This document shows, piece by piece, positions 1 through 9,900 of a stretch of 32,000 nt of DNA. The stretch's first letter is position 1. Each line of letters begins with the position of its first letter. The position numbers and the translations under genes were made by a program. The notes beneath the pieces are model-generated. The model did not search any database and had not been told where the DNA came from. It saw only the letters and a program-made list of their open reading frames with translations. This DNA comes from Vibrio alginolyticus NBRC 15630 = ATCC 17749 (GTDB taxonomy: Bacteria > Pseudomonadota > Gammaproteobacteria > Enterobacterales > Vibrionaceae): NCBI RefSeq assembly GCF_000354175.2, contig NC_022359.1:1620001-1652000 (forward strand), given 5' to 3'.

Positions 1-1514
1 TTTTGCACTTTGGTGTTCATATGATTCGTTTCAGTCATCAGTTCATACGATTCACTGTACTTTAAATTAAGCGACTGGATGTTTTCATTTATTTCATCCG
101 TTACATAAACCTGCTCTTCTATCGCGACCGCAATTTGTTGGTTTCGTTCGACGACGTCCTGAACAAGGGACTCCAGTTGTTGAATGCTATCCAAAGCAGT
201 ACCCAGCAATGTTACCGTTCCGGTCGACATTTCGTTACCTTTCTCTAACGCAGAAACCGCTGATTTGCTCCCATTTTGAATCCCTTCAATGGCCGATTTA
301 ATCTCTGTTGTCGATTCCTGAGTTCTTTTAGCTAAGGTTCTCACTTCATCTGCTACAACGGCAAACCCTCTGCCTTGTTCGCCTGCCCTCGCGGCTTCAA
401 TTGCAGCGTTCAACGCTAATAAATTAGTTTGTTCGGCAATACCATTGATGACTTCAACAACGGTTCCAATTTGCTCGGTTTGTTGGTTCAACCGTATGAC
501 CACTTTAGATATTTCGCCGAGCTCACCCACCAGCTCTAGTACCGATTGGTTAACATTATCGATAACGCTACGGCTGTCTATCATCGTATTTTGCGCTTCT
601 AACGTAGCCTCGGCGGTCGCTTGAGCATTATTTGATATCTCAGATGAAGAGGCTTGCATCTCGTTGACCGCTGTTGCGACCGAGTCAATCTCCACTTTCT
701 GTGCGCTTAAATTCTCCGTCACTTGCTGGCTATTTGTCGCAGCACTGTTAGCACTTGCGCGCGTTTCTTCGCAAGAATCTTTTACAGACACGCCAACGCG
801 CCCCAATAGCGCATTGGCAAATTGCTTACGCATCTTCATACCCAGCTCAATCTCAGCCAGATCGTTGATTCTTCCGCAATAAATATATTCCATGAGTGGA
901 TTGTTGAAGTCTTGCCTAGCCTGTTTAGCGAGCTTTTCAACTGGTCTGGTTAATACATAAATAGAGAAAACGGAAAGTAACGCAACAACGCTAAACGCTA
1001 TCACTGGTGATTGATTCATTTGTAGAGTGAGTAAGCCAAGAAGGTTTGAAATTAAAAGGAAGAAGGCCGATCTCATCCACAAACGTGTACGAGGAAGATA
1101 CATTTTCCACGGCTTACGATTATTTCGAAGCTTCGAATACGCTTTTTCCGCTCGCTGGATGTGTATGCGCTCAGGTTTAAATCTCACTGATTGGTATTCC
1201 ACAACTTCACCATTAGATTTTATAGGAGAAGCAAACGCGTCAACCCAATAATAGCCACCGTTTTTACGTCGATTTTTGACCATTCCCATCCAGTGTTTGC
1301 CAGTTTTCAGGTGAGTCCATAAATCTTTAAAAGCCTGTTTTGGCATATCAGGATGACGCACAACATTGTGGGGTTTACCGATAAGCTCCCCTTCATCAAA
1401 CCCCGCTACTTCATTAAAGTTTTCACTGGCATATTTGATGTAACTGGAGGTATCGGTAATGGAAACTAGGCTGTAACTCGAAGGGTAATCGTATTCCGTT
1501 TCACTCATAAACAT
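1..1514 (-). CDS. aer: Aerotaxis-type methyl-accepting chemotaxis protein (PAS sensor + MCP signalling domain). Partial: the C-terminus lies beyond the left edge of the window
   Basis: Absent from the ORF track because it runs off the edge; translated by hand on the minus strand. Start ATG at 1514 (alternative ATG at 1508). The N-terminus [21 protein letters not shown]...[25 protein letters not shown]...[13 protein letters not shown] closely resembles the E. coli Aer PAS domain ([17 protein letters not shown]...[13 protein letters not shown]). This is followed by two hydrophobic segments ([36 protein letters not shown]) and the MCP hairpin [38 protein letters not shown]. Confidence 0.9.
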   Translation of the reverse strand, partial: MFMSETEYDYPSSYSLVSITDTSSYIKYASENFNEVAGFDEGELIGKPHNVVRHPDMPKQAFKDLWTHLKTGKHWMGMVKNRRKNGGYYWVDAFASPIKSNGEVVEYQSVRFKPERIHIQRAEKAYSKLRNNRKPWKMYLPRTRLWMRSAFFLLISNLLGLLTLQMNQSPVIAFSVVALLSVFSIYVLTRPVEKLAKQARQDFNNPLMEYIYCGRINDLAEIELGMKMRKQFANALLGRVGVSVKDSCEETRASANSAATNSQQVTENLSAQKVEIDSVATAVNEMQASSSEISNNAQATAEATLEAQNTMIDSRSVIDNVNQSVLELVGELGEISKVVIRLNQQTEQIGTVVEVINGIAEQTNLLALNAAIEAARAGEQGRGFAVVADEVRTLAKRTQESTTEIKSAIEGIQNGSKSAVSALEKGNEMSTGTVTLLGTALDSIQQLESLVQDVVERNQQIAVAIEEQVYVTDEINENIQSLNLKYSESYELMTETNHMNTKVQ

Positions 1515-1793
1515 GTGTCCTAACATTGATTAATTAACAAACGGCAAATATGAATTTATCAGCATAACATTTACATGCATAATGATAGGTTGATTCAAAA
1601 ATAAAACAAAATTATTGATAGGTTTACTTGTTACTTAATGACTCTAGTCGCATTTTTATCCTCTAATACAAGGCTTCGTTAATATGCACAAGACTGAGTG
1701 CTGTTCAAAATTAATACACAAAAGCGCTTCCGTACTGAGTTCGTAAATTGTTATAAGTAATCCACTAAAGCGAAAACAAGGAAGACAAACACA

Positions 1794-3248
1794 ATGACTA
1801 TTCACTTTCGTCAGCTTGCAGCCAAGAGAAACACGACACACTTGTTTATTGACGATTGGAAAATTAACACTCAGCAGTCTTGGGGGATATTCAGCGCGGA
1901 TGGAGATATTGGCTCTCTGCTTGGAGACCTTATTTGTGATGAAATGTCACCAGATAGTGGGGAAATTGAGCTAAATGGGCTGTCCGTTGCGCAAGTGTCG
2001 TTATCAGAGCAACAGCGATTACTGGAAAGAGAATTAGAAAAGGATGATACGGATTTTCTTGATCGTATCGACCAAGGAAGCACTGTTTATTCATTAATCC
2101 TAGAGCAGAGCCAAGACACCAACTTAACTGAACAGCTAATTAATGATCTCGACCTAAGTCATCTTAAAGATAGTGGCTTCCGCGTTCTCTCTACCGGAGA
2201 AACCAGAAGAGTAATGCTCGCCCGAGCTTTAGCCACACAACCTGACTTAGTATTACTCGATAATCCATTTACTGGCTTAGATATTGCGCACCGAGCTGCC
2301 CTCGCTCGCTATTTACACTCGCTTTCTCAAAATGTGCAACTACTCATAACCTTCTCTCGCGAATCTGACATGCCTGAGTGGCTCAATAGCATCGCGCTTT
2401 TCAGTGCAGGAAAGCTTGATAGTACAATGGATAAGTCCAGTTGGGATAATCATCCAATCATTGGACAAATTAAATCTCAGTCAAAGCAACAGAGTGAAGA
2501 AATGATGAGCTTGATACGTCAGCATAAGCACTCGACTCCATTCAACAACCCAATATTTGAACTAAAGAATGGGGCTGTCGAATACACCGATAAGAAGATT
2601 TTTACTGACTTGAACTGGCGCATAGACAAGGGCCAACATTGGCAGGTCAAAGGTCCAAATGGTTGTGGAAAGAGTACCTTACTTGGATTGATCTTTGGCG
2701 ATCATCCGCAATGCTACAGCAATGACATTGATATTTTTGGTAAAAAGCGTGGTACTGGCGAGACAATCTGGGAAATTAAGCAGCATATCGGCATGGTGTC
2801 TTCAGCGCTACACCTCCAATATCGAGTCAATTGCAGCGCATTAGAAGTCATTTTGTCAGGATTTTACGATTCGATTGGGTTGTATAACCAGCCAACTCGC
2901 AAAGAGATGAATATTGCAAACGAGTGGCTCGATATCTTACATATGAGCCAGTACAAAAAAACCTCATTCAAGCAATTAGAGTACGGTCAGCAGCGACTAT
3001 TACTGATTGCAAGAGCCATCGTGAAACAACCCACATTATTGATTTTGGACGAGCCGTATCAAGGGTTAGATTTTTTGGGTAGACGGTTAGTTAAGAACAC
3101 ACTTGAACTCATCGCTAGAGAGAATTTAAGCCAACTATTGTATGTGTCTCACTACCAAGAAGACCGCTTAGATAGCATCAAAAATGAGTTAGAGTTTGTG
3201 TTTGATGAAAATGCTCAGTGTTATAGAGCTAACGTCTACCAATCATAA
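1794..3248 (+). CDS. modF: ModF-like ABC ATPase with two fused nucleotide-binding domains and no membrane domain
   Basis: 484 aa, collinear with E. coli ModF (490 aa). Shared features are the LSTGETRR signature in NBD1 and, in NBD2, HWQVKGPNGCGKSTLLGLIFGDHPQCYSNDIDIFGKKRGTGETIWEIKQHIG, then LEYGQQRL and LLILDEPYQGLD. NBD1 motifs are degenerate (see findings). Confidence 0.8.
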   Translation: MTIHFRQLAAKRNTTHLFIDDWKINTQQSWGIFSADGDIGSLLGDLICDEMSPDSGEIELNGLSVAQVSLSEQQRLLERELEKDDTDFLDRIDQGSTVYSLILEQSQDTNLTEQLINDLDLSHLKDSGFRVLSTGETRRVMLARALATQPDLVLLDNPFTGLDIAHRAALARYLHSLSQNVQLLITFSRESDMPEWLNSIALFSAGKLDSTMDKSSWDNHPIIGQIKSQSKQQSEEMMSLIRQHKHSTPFNNPIFELKNGAVEYTDKKIFTDLNWRIDKGQHWQVKGPNGCGKSTLLGLIFGDHPQCYSNDIDIFGKKRGTGETIWEIKQHIGMVSSALHLQYRVNCSALEVILSGFYDSIGLYNQPTRKEMNIANEWLDILHMSQYKKTSFKQLEYGQQRLLLIARAIVKQPTLLILDEPYQGLDFLGRRLVKNTLELIARENLSQLLYVSHYQEDRLDSIKNELEFVFDENAQCYRANVYQS

Positions 3249-4708
3249 TGACTTCGCTGCGCAAGCTTCTCATAAGGTAATGGTTTGGAGTACAGGTATC
3301 CCTGATGATATCTCACTCCCATCTGCTTTAAGTGTTCAGCTTGCGCTATGGTTTCCACGCCTTCAGCGATCAATTGTACTTGTAATTCTTCCGCGAAGTG
3401 AACCATCGCTTTTAAGACAGAAGCACTAAGGCTAGGAATACCAATGGTTTCGACAAAGCACTTATCGATTTTTAAGTAATCTATGCGCATGTGCTGTAGA
3501 AATGCTAACGAGGTTTGGCCAGTTCCAAAATCATCGATCAGCACATCAATACCATGCACTCGCAGCGCTGCAATGCATTTTCTCGCCTCTGAATCAATGA
3601 GCTGACGCTCCGTTATCTCTACCCCTAATGAGACTTTGTTTCGGCTCAACTGTCTGTCGAGCAATTGAATTTTTCTGATCGCGTTTGGTCCGACTAAATA
3701 ACCAGGCGGCACGTTAATACCAAGGTGGACAGGCTGATCAAAGCCTAATTTACTGAAGTCCTCTGCCGCTTTATCCAGAACGAAATCAGTAAGTAAAAAA
3801 ACCAATCCACTTTGCTCTGCCGCAGGGACAAACTCGTCCGGAGAAATGAACCCCTTACTTTGATGCTCCCATCGCACTAGCGCTTCAAACCCGAATAACT
3901 GGCCGGTATCAACGTTAACTTGCGGTTGGTAATACAGGGTCAACTCTCCTCTTTTTATCGCTCTTTTAAGATCCAGTATCAAATTGCGATGAGGATCAAT
4001 AAACTTATTCAACGCATACAAGCAAAGGTAGATCACGAAAATAATTGGAATTGAGTACAAAAAATAGGAAAGTGTTCTCTGTTTGACGAAAAGATCGCTG
4101 GCTTCACTCAAAGCTTCATACTCAAACATTTGCGACGATTTGATACCGATAGGATTACTTCCCGCTCTTAATGCTCCTTCTGGTGAAACTTGATCATGGA
4201 TAAACAGCGCAGAGCGTTTTAGGCGTAAATCGTTGTTAAACCCTATTGTCGCATTAAAGTAGTCATGATCGATAATCGTTACGGCTTGATAACCCCGCTC
4301 TCCTTCCGTTACCACTAGCAAGAACTGATCGTACAAGCTATCAACACTACCAAGCGCTAGCGTTTGTCCCTTGGGAAAGGTGATGTGCTCAGCTAACGGT
4401 TTAGAGATACTTCCCAATTTCGAAGAACAAGTAATGACTCCCTCTTTCACAATGAGCATTTCTTCAATATCTCGTTCAAACATTAAGCTTTGCTGGAGCT
4501 CTTCACATCGCTCAGGGTGTAGCAGCGCCGTGCGGTTTTCTGTCTCTATTTGGAATAAAATTTCATCTGCAATTTGCACATTTTTTTCTAATAAATGATT
4601 GAGATTGTTTTGCACGCTTTCACGAGCTAAATACAAAACCTCTCCAATAACCAAGGGAATAGGCAGAAGAAAAATGATGGCTTTTTTAAAAATCGCCTTA
4701 TTCAGCAT
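3236..4708 (-). CDS. Cyclic-di-GMP phosphodiesterase: N-terminal periplasmic CSS-motif sensor domain plus C-terminal EAL domain
   Basis: 490 aa. It has an N-terminal TM (AIIFLLPIPLVIG), a periplasmic region with Cys residues at HPERCEEL and the GVITCSSKLG CSS motif, and a second TM (YFLYSIPIIFVIYLCLYAL). The EAL domain carries intact motifs: GFEALVRW, NVPPG, EITER, DDFGTGQTSL, KIDKCFV, AEGVET, QGYLYSKP. Confidence 0.88.
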   Translation of the reverse strand: MLNKAIFKKAIIFLLPIPLVIGEVLYLARESVQNNLNHLLEKNVQIADEILFQIETENRTALLHPERCEELQQSLMFERDIEEMLIVKEGVITCSSKLGSISKPLAEHITFPKGQTLALGSVDSLYDQFLLVVTEGERGYQAVTIIDHDYFNATIGFNNDLRLKRSALFIHDQVSPEGALRAGSNPIGIKSSQMFEYEALSEASDLFVKQRTLSYFLYSIPIIFVIYLCLYALNKFIDPHRNLILDLKRAIKRGELTLYYQPQVNVDTGQLFGFEALVRWEHQSKGFISPDEFVPAAEQSGLVFLLTDFVLDKAAEDFSKLGFDQPVHLGINVPPGYLVGPNAIRKIQLLDRQLSRNKVSLGVEITERQLIDSEARKCIAALRVHGIDVLIDDFGTGQTSLAFLQHMRIDYLKIDKCFVETIGIPSLSASVLKAMVHFAEELQVQLIAEGVETIAQAEHLKQMGVRYHQGYLYSKPLPYEKLAQRSHYDW

Positions 4709-5056
4709 ATAAAAGTAACCTTTTATAAAACCGATTTACTGAGATGGTACCTCGATTCCGATACCCGCTAGCAACTCACGTTTTTTAACATTATTTGTTT
4801 GGATTAACTCAGTATGCGAAACGCTGAGTAATACCGCAAACTAAACAATGTCTTATTCACTCCTGTTCCAATTTAGTATCAAGCGCCTCAAACCTGAGAC
4901 TTTAATTCGACACCATGTTATGTCTATCGGTACTTGCGAAAGTCTTTACCTGTCTGTTTCTCATCATGTAAGAATTACCCATTAAAAATATTTTTCTTTT
5001 CTCAGTGATTAAGAATTATATTTGTCGTAACTCCTACAACACGTTACAACACTCTC

Positions 5057-5791
5057 ATGACGACAAACAAAGCTAATGCTAACCAGGTAAACGAAAAATC
5101 ACTGCAGTTGTTAATGCAAGTTGCAGTTAGTCCGTTCCCAGTTTCTGCGAAAACGCTAAGCGAGCAATTGAACGTTCCTCTAAGCAGCCTTTACCGACAC
5201 TTAAAACTGCTTAAAGAGTGGAACTTGATCGAAGAAAGCGTTCACGACAAGACATTTGTCGTTGGTCCGGCGGCATTGTTACTCATGCACAGCTATGAGA
5301 CCGCGCAACATGGGCTCGACATGGTCGAAACCATACTGGCTAGGTTGGTACAACAAACCGGGGAAATGGCCGCTTATATGGTACCAGCTGGTTATCGTGC
5401 GCTTTGTGTCAGACAGAAAGAAAGTATGCAGGCGCTGCGTTGCAGCTTCGTCCAGGGTCAAAGTCAACCTCTGCTGCGCGGTGCCTCATCTAAAGTGATG
5501 CTCGCTTTTATGCCTCAAAGTCGATGCGAGAAAATCTTGAGATATTTTAATCAAGATCACCGACGTGACGAGTGGGAAAAAGAGCTCACAACCATCCGTA
5601 AACACGGATATGCCGTCAGTACTTCTGAGATTGACCCTGGTGTTTCAGGTATTAGCGCACCGGTAATGAAAGGAAGCAAACTGATTGGCGCAGTCTCGGT
5701 GATGGCTCCGGCCCACCGAGTCGAAAAGGATAAGCAGCGCATTATTTTACATGTACTGCAAGCGGCAAGGGCACTACCACCAGAAAGGTAA
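5057..5791 (+). CDS. IclR-family transcriptional regulator
   Basis: 244 aa. N-terminal winged HTH (SAKTLSEQLNVPLSSLYRHLKLLKEWNLIEE) and a C-terminal effector-binding domain typical of IclR (GYAVSTSEIDPGVSGISAPV...GAVSVMAP). Confidence 0.8.
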   Translation: MTTNKANANQVNEKSLQLLMQVAVSPFPVSAKTLSEQLNVPLSSLYRHLKLLKEWNLIEESVHDKTFVVGPAALLLMHSYETAQHGLDMVETILARLVQQTGEMAAYMVPAGYRALCVRQKESMQALRCSFVQGQSQPLLRGASSKVMLAFMPQSRCEKILRYFNQDHRRDEWEKELTTIRKHGYAVSTSEIDPGVSGISAPVMKGSKLIGAVSVMAPAHRVEKDKQRIILHVLQAARALPPER

Positions 5792-5797
5792 TTCATC

Positions 5798-6637
5798 ATG
5801 TTAAGCTTTTTCAAACGCTATAAACTCCACCACACCGTGAAACAGCCGCAGCATTACCCTTTTTCTTTTATGACAGTGTGTGAGTATTTGCCACCCATGT
5901 CTAAGGGCGCGTTTGAATTAGCTGATCAAAGTTTGGAAAATGCTAGCGATTGGCTATACCAACAGCATGATCATGAAACCGCTGAAAACTTTGGGCACTT
6001 CAACCACGACAAGCTGGAAAATGGCGAGTTTCAGGAAGCATTAAGCCTTTCGCTTTCTCGCCACTCAATTCCTGTTTTAGTCACTAACTGTACCGAGGCA
6101 ATCTTGTCCATGTTACCTGTGGTCGTGTCCTATCGAGACGAAGTGGGTGTGGTAAATATTGGACATGACATGAACTTGAAACCAACACTTGAACCACGTT
6201 TAGACTCGGCATTCCATTTTGCTCTTTCTCGCTATCAAAACGTGCGATTATTTTTTGCTGGTGTTAGCGAACAAGATACAAAGCAAGAAACGTGGGAATA
6301 CGCGGAGGATCAAGGTTGTGACTGGGTAACCGATAAAGAGTTTTCTTTTCGTCATCGCAATAACGTTAAGCAACAGATCGGCAATTACCTAGACCACTGC
6401 GACCAAATAATCATTAGTATCGACCTTGGATCTCTAAAAACCAAAAACAGCCTTGATGGCGCGTCAGAAATTGATATCCAAATGGTTCTACGCACGATTA
6501 GGCAATGTTTGGTTGCAGGTAAAGTGAGAGCAATTCAGCTCGTTGGCGATCGAGATTGTCTGGTGTATTCGAGACAAACGAAAGCCATACTAGAAGAGTT
6601 ATATCAGATGGCTCCACTCATCGTTCACGCTGCCTAG
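5798..6637 (+). CDS. Hypothetical protein; possible degenerate arginase/formimidoylglutamase-fold protein
   Basis: 279 aa. The ATG lies 6 nt after the IclR stop, with GAAAGG 9 nt upstream, so it is probably co-transcribed. By eye, the order and spacing of VLVTNCTEA / VVNIGHDMN / IIISIDLGSL / AIQLVGDRD mirror the ureohydrolase motifs GGDHS / DAHxD / SxDxDxxDP / E-NP-D, but several metal-ligand positions are substituted. The family call is tentative. Confidence 0.35.
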   Translation: MLSFFKRYKLHHTVKQPQHYPFSFMTVCEYLPPMSKGAFELADQSLENASDWLYQQHDHETAENFGHFNHDKLENGEFQEALSLSLSRHSIPVLVTNCTEAILSMLPVVVSYRDEVGVVNIGHDMNLKPTLEPRLDSAFHFALSRYQNVRLFFAGVSEQDTKQETWEYAEDQGCDWVTDKEFSFRHRNNVKQQIGNYLDHCDQIIISIDLGSLKTKNSLDGASEIDIQMVLRTIRQCLVAGKVRAIQLVGDRDCLVYSRQTKAILEELYQMAPLIVHAA

Positions 6638-6647
6638 CGTTATAAAC

Positions 6648-6684
6648 GTTCAGAATCAGGATCGCGTCCTTCCTGATTCTGAAC
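6648..6684 (+). terminator. Perfect 14-bp stem hairpin after the 5798-6637 gene
   Basis: GTTCAGAATCAGGA (6648-6661) pairs with TCCTGATTCTGAAC (6671-6684) across a 9-nt loop. No T-tract follows, so an intrinsic-terminator function is uncertain. Confidence 0.45.
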
Positions 6685-6944
6685 CAACATGCTTACTTAT
6701 TATCCTTAACTAACAAATAGTTACACATATAAATCGACACACATCACACTTGCCTCTTGAACTAACCTGACACTTACGTTGTAATAAGGCCGCTAAACTT
6801 TGGTATGACATACGAAATAAAAAATAACCAAAGTTCAATAACTAAGCGGCTTCAGAACAAAAAAGTACCGCAGCTATTCCAATTTCAGTGAGCATTTGCT
6901 CACGCTCGCTTGATGCCATCTTGTTCCACTCATTAGGACATTTG

Positions 6945-9900
6945 ATGATGCGTCTTTGCAGTATTTTCACTGCGGTTCTTTTTTTACCGCTAACCTCACA
7001 CGCCACCACTTATGACGTAAAAGATCTATCTGAGTTAGGTCAACTTTGCTCACACAAGAGTTTTAGTATCGAAAGCGATGGCACGACTTATCGCTGTACA
7101 GGGAAACTAGTCCTACCCGCTGGTGATAAAATTGTCTCCTCATTACCGGAAAAAGAGATAACATTAAAAGCAGATTATGGAATTGTGTTAGAGGGGAATA
7201 ATACAATTGGTGAACCCAATAAACGTATCTCTCTACACGCCCTCGCTACCGGATTAACGGTTAACAATGAGAAAGCATCAAACCTCGACGATTACCAAAA
7301 CAAGCACACTGTTATCTATGGTGATCTTCTATCGGCTTATCCAACAAAGCTGCATAACGTTCTCATCGATGGGGATATAGAGCTAACAGGTGAGGCCCTT
7401 CATATTAATGGTGAGTACAACACCATTATTGGTGACATTTTGACTCACAGCACGACCAATATATTTAATACAAACATCTGTGGTAAGGTCGAATCACAAG
7501 GCGAAACACTACACCTAAAAACAAACCATCCTTTACAAGACCATTTTGTCGTCGGTGATGTTTCTGCGCACAACTCTCTGATTATAAAAGATATGTCGAT
7601 CTATGGTACGGCTGAATCTGTAGGATCGTCAGCTACATTAAGTGGCTCATTCTATAGTTCCACCGCAGCAATTAAATACTTCCAAACATTGAACTTCAAC
7701 AACGCTCCAAATCAGCCTAGTCAAGTTTGTGGTGAAATCCAACAAACGCCAGGAAGTGCACAAACGAAAGCACAAGACAACAAATACACGCAATACTGTG
7801 GATTGGGCGAGGCTGATTGTCACTACTCTTCCCAAGTCTGTCCAATCACCCCTCAAGATGTTCCGAATTGCAGCATGCAGCCACCATCAGAGAACGACTT
7901 CGACCTAAGCGTCACACCATCGGACGACATGGCACTGATGTGCGGCGACGATCTTCCGCAATTTACAGCAATGACAACCAATAATGGAGAAGTTGTAAGC
8001 GCAGAAGTCAGTGCAGCCCTATCACACCCTGACTTGTTCACTTTAGAGGTGATCAAAGGTCAGCAGACATTAAAAGCAAACCAATTTATGTCTGACGACA
8101 ATGGTGAGCTCGTTGTTCGAGTGGTCCCGAACGATATTGATACCATCGCGTTAGGTACTAACTACACGCTGACTTTCACTATGGCAGAAGACACCAGCAA
8201 GCATCAAACTGTTCGCTTTATGTTTACGCCATTTATGTTTGAGGCCTACTCAAAGACGAAAAGCGCCACTTTAAATGAAATACGCGTTATTGCAGGTAAA
8301 CCAGAAAACGTGCATACGCGATTGCTTGCTTGTGCTTCCACCGGCGAACCTGTAGTCGCAAGCAACTACAATGGTACGCCTAAGGTTTTTCATCCATTGG
8401 TTCAACCATTAGGAGGAAGTGAAGGAAACTTTAGCTATTCAGCGGAATTTAAAGACGGCTTGTCTGAACATGGTCTTGTCACGAACGAGTCCGGCATATT
8501 TGAAGTGACATTGTCCGATCATTTTGAATGTGAGGGATTTGAAGAGTGCCCTGAAGAAGGCAGAGTGGAAGTGAAAGGGACATTTAATGTGCACTCGCGA
8601 CCATGGACATTCGCTATCTGTGACAACCAACGTGCTTTGCCTTCTGGCACCTCTGAACAAGGAGATGGGTTTATTGCCGCCGGAGAACTTTTCTCTCTAA
8701 CAGTGAAGCCGATCATTTGGCAAACTGACGGCTCTGTAAGTGGTTCTGTTGAATCAGCACGTTATTGTGATGCCTCTATCACCCGTAATTTTATGCTTGA
8801 TGACGCTCCAGCAGCATCGGTTGTCTTGTCGAGTGAGCAACATACGCCATCAGAGACAGCGAACCAAACCTCAAAATTGCTAAAAAGTAGTGACTCACTG
8901 GCTCAGGCGCATAATTCAGCCAAGAATGATCAATTCGTCTTTAATGGATTATATTGGGAAGAAGTCGGGAGCTTGAGAGTAAAAGCAAACCTAGAAAGTA
9001 AATATCTAGGTATGACTGTTAACGAAAGCTATCGTTACATCGGTCGTTTTTACCCAAAATATTTTCAAGTGCAAGACCAAGAATGGCACTACCCACATGG
9101 CCAAACTTTTGCTTACATGAATCAACCTTTTGAGAAAGTCACTTACGATGTTGTCGCACTCAATGCGAATAAGGAAAACGTGAAGAACTACGTCCACTTT
9201 TCATCTAACCTTCAACAACATTTCGACTTAGGCGAGCTAAGCTCATACTCCGATCGGTTTTTGCCGCCTAAGCCTAAGAAGGTAGACTGGAAACTACTGG
9301 GTAGCGCGAGTGTTGGAACGTTTGTGATCGAGAAGCCCTCGACCAATGCGACTTGTAACAATAGCCCATGTTGGAAAAAGAACACGACAGATAAACAATA
9401 CCCTGATGGCCCATTTAATAAAGGGACTAACAGTGACAGCAGCCAAATAGGTTTAGTCACGACTAAAGCCGTTGATGAGGTAAACTTCTTCGACGATAGC
9501 GAAGTGCTTACAAAACAACCAGACATTCGATTCGGTCGTTTGAACTTTCAAGATGTAGGTGGCAACCAAGGCATGGTGATCAAAGTGCCACTTGATGTGG
9601 AAATTTGGCAAAACGGTCGATTTACGACTAACTTCGATGACAGCTCAACAACGGCGAGTGGTGAATATTACTTCAGCACGCCAATTTGGTCTCATGCGCT
9701 AGCAAACAACGCCCTGCTTTCTGGCGTTGGAACGATGAGTATTGGCAGAATGACCGATATCGTTGCAAGCCAAATTGACTCAGCACGCGAGCAAATACAA
9801 TTCCACCTGGATTTAGACGGCTCAGGTAATCGCATCCCTTGGCTGAAATACGATTGGGATAACACGACAAGTGAAGAGGAAAATCCACCTGTTACAGTTA

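Noticed and set aside
664-1251. Track ORFs 664-882 (+) and 1027-1251 (+)
   Set aside because: Both lie antisense inside the hand-read Aer-like chemoreceptor CDS (1-1514, minus strand), whose translation shows unmistakable PAS and MCP motifs. They have no family resemblance or RBS.
3236-3248. 13-bp overlap of the convergent 3' ends of modF and the EAL gene
   Set aside because: The overlap is real in the sequence, but short convergent overlaps are common in compact genomes. I see no hairpin or other structure suggesting a special mechanism.
6888-6944. N-terminal extensions in the ORF track. Affected ORFs start at 6888 GTG, 13713, 23472 TTG, 26672, 27565, 30346 GTG, 30488 TTG and 13931 TTG
   Set aside because: In each case a downstream in-frame ATG gives a better model: a family-typical N-terminus or length, a better RBS, or a proper signal peptide. 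The extensions add sequence unrelated to the family.
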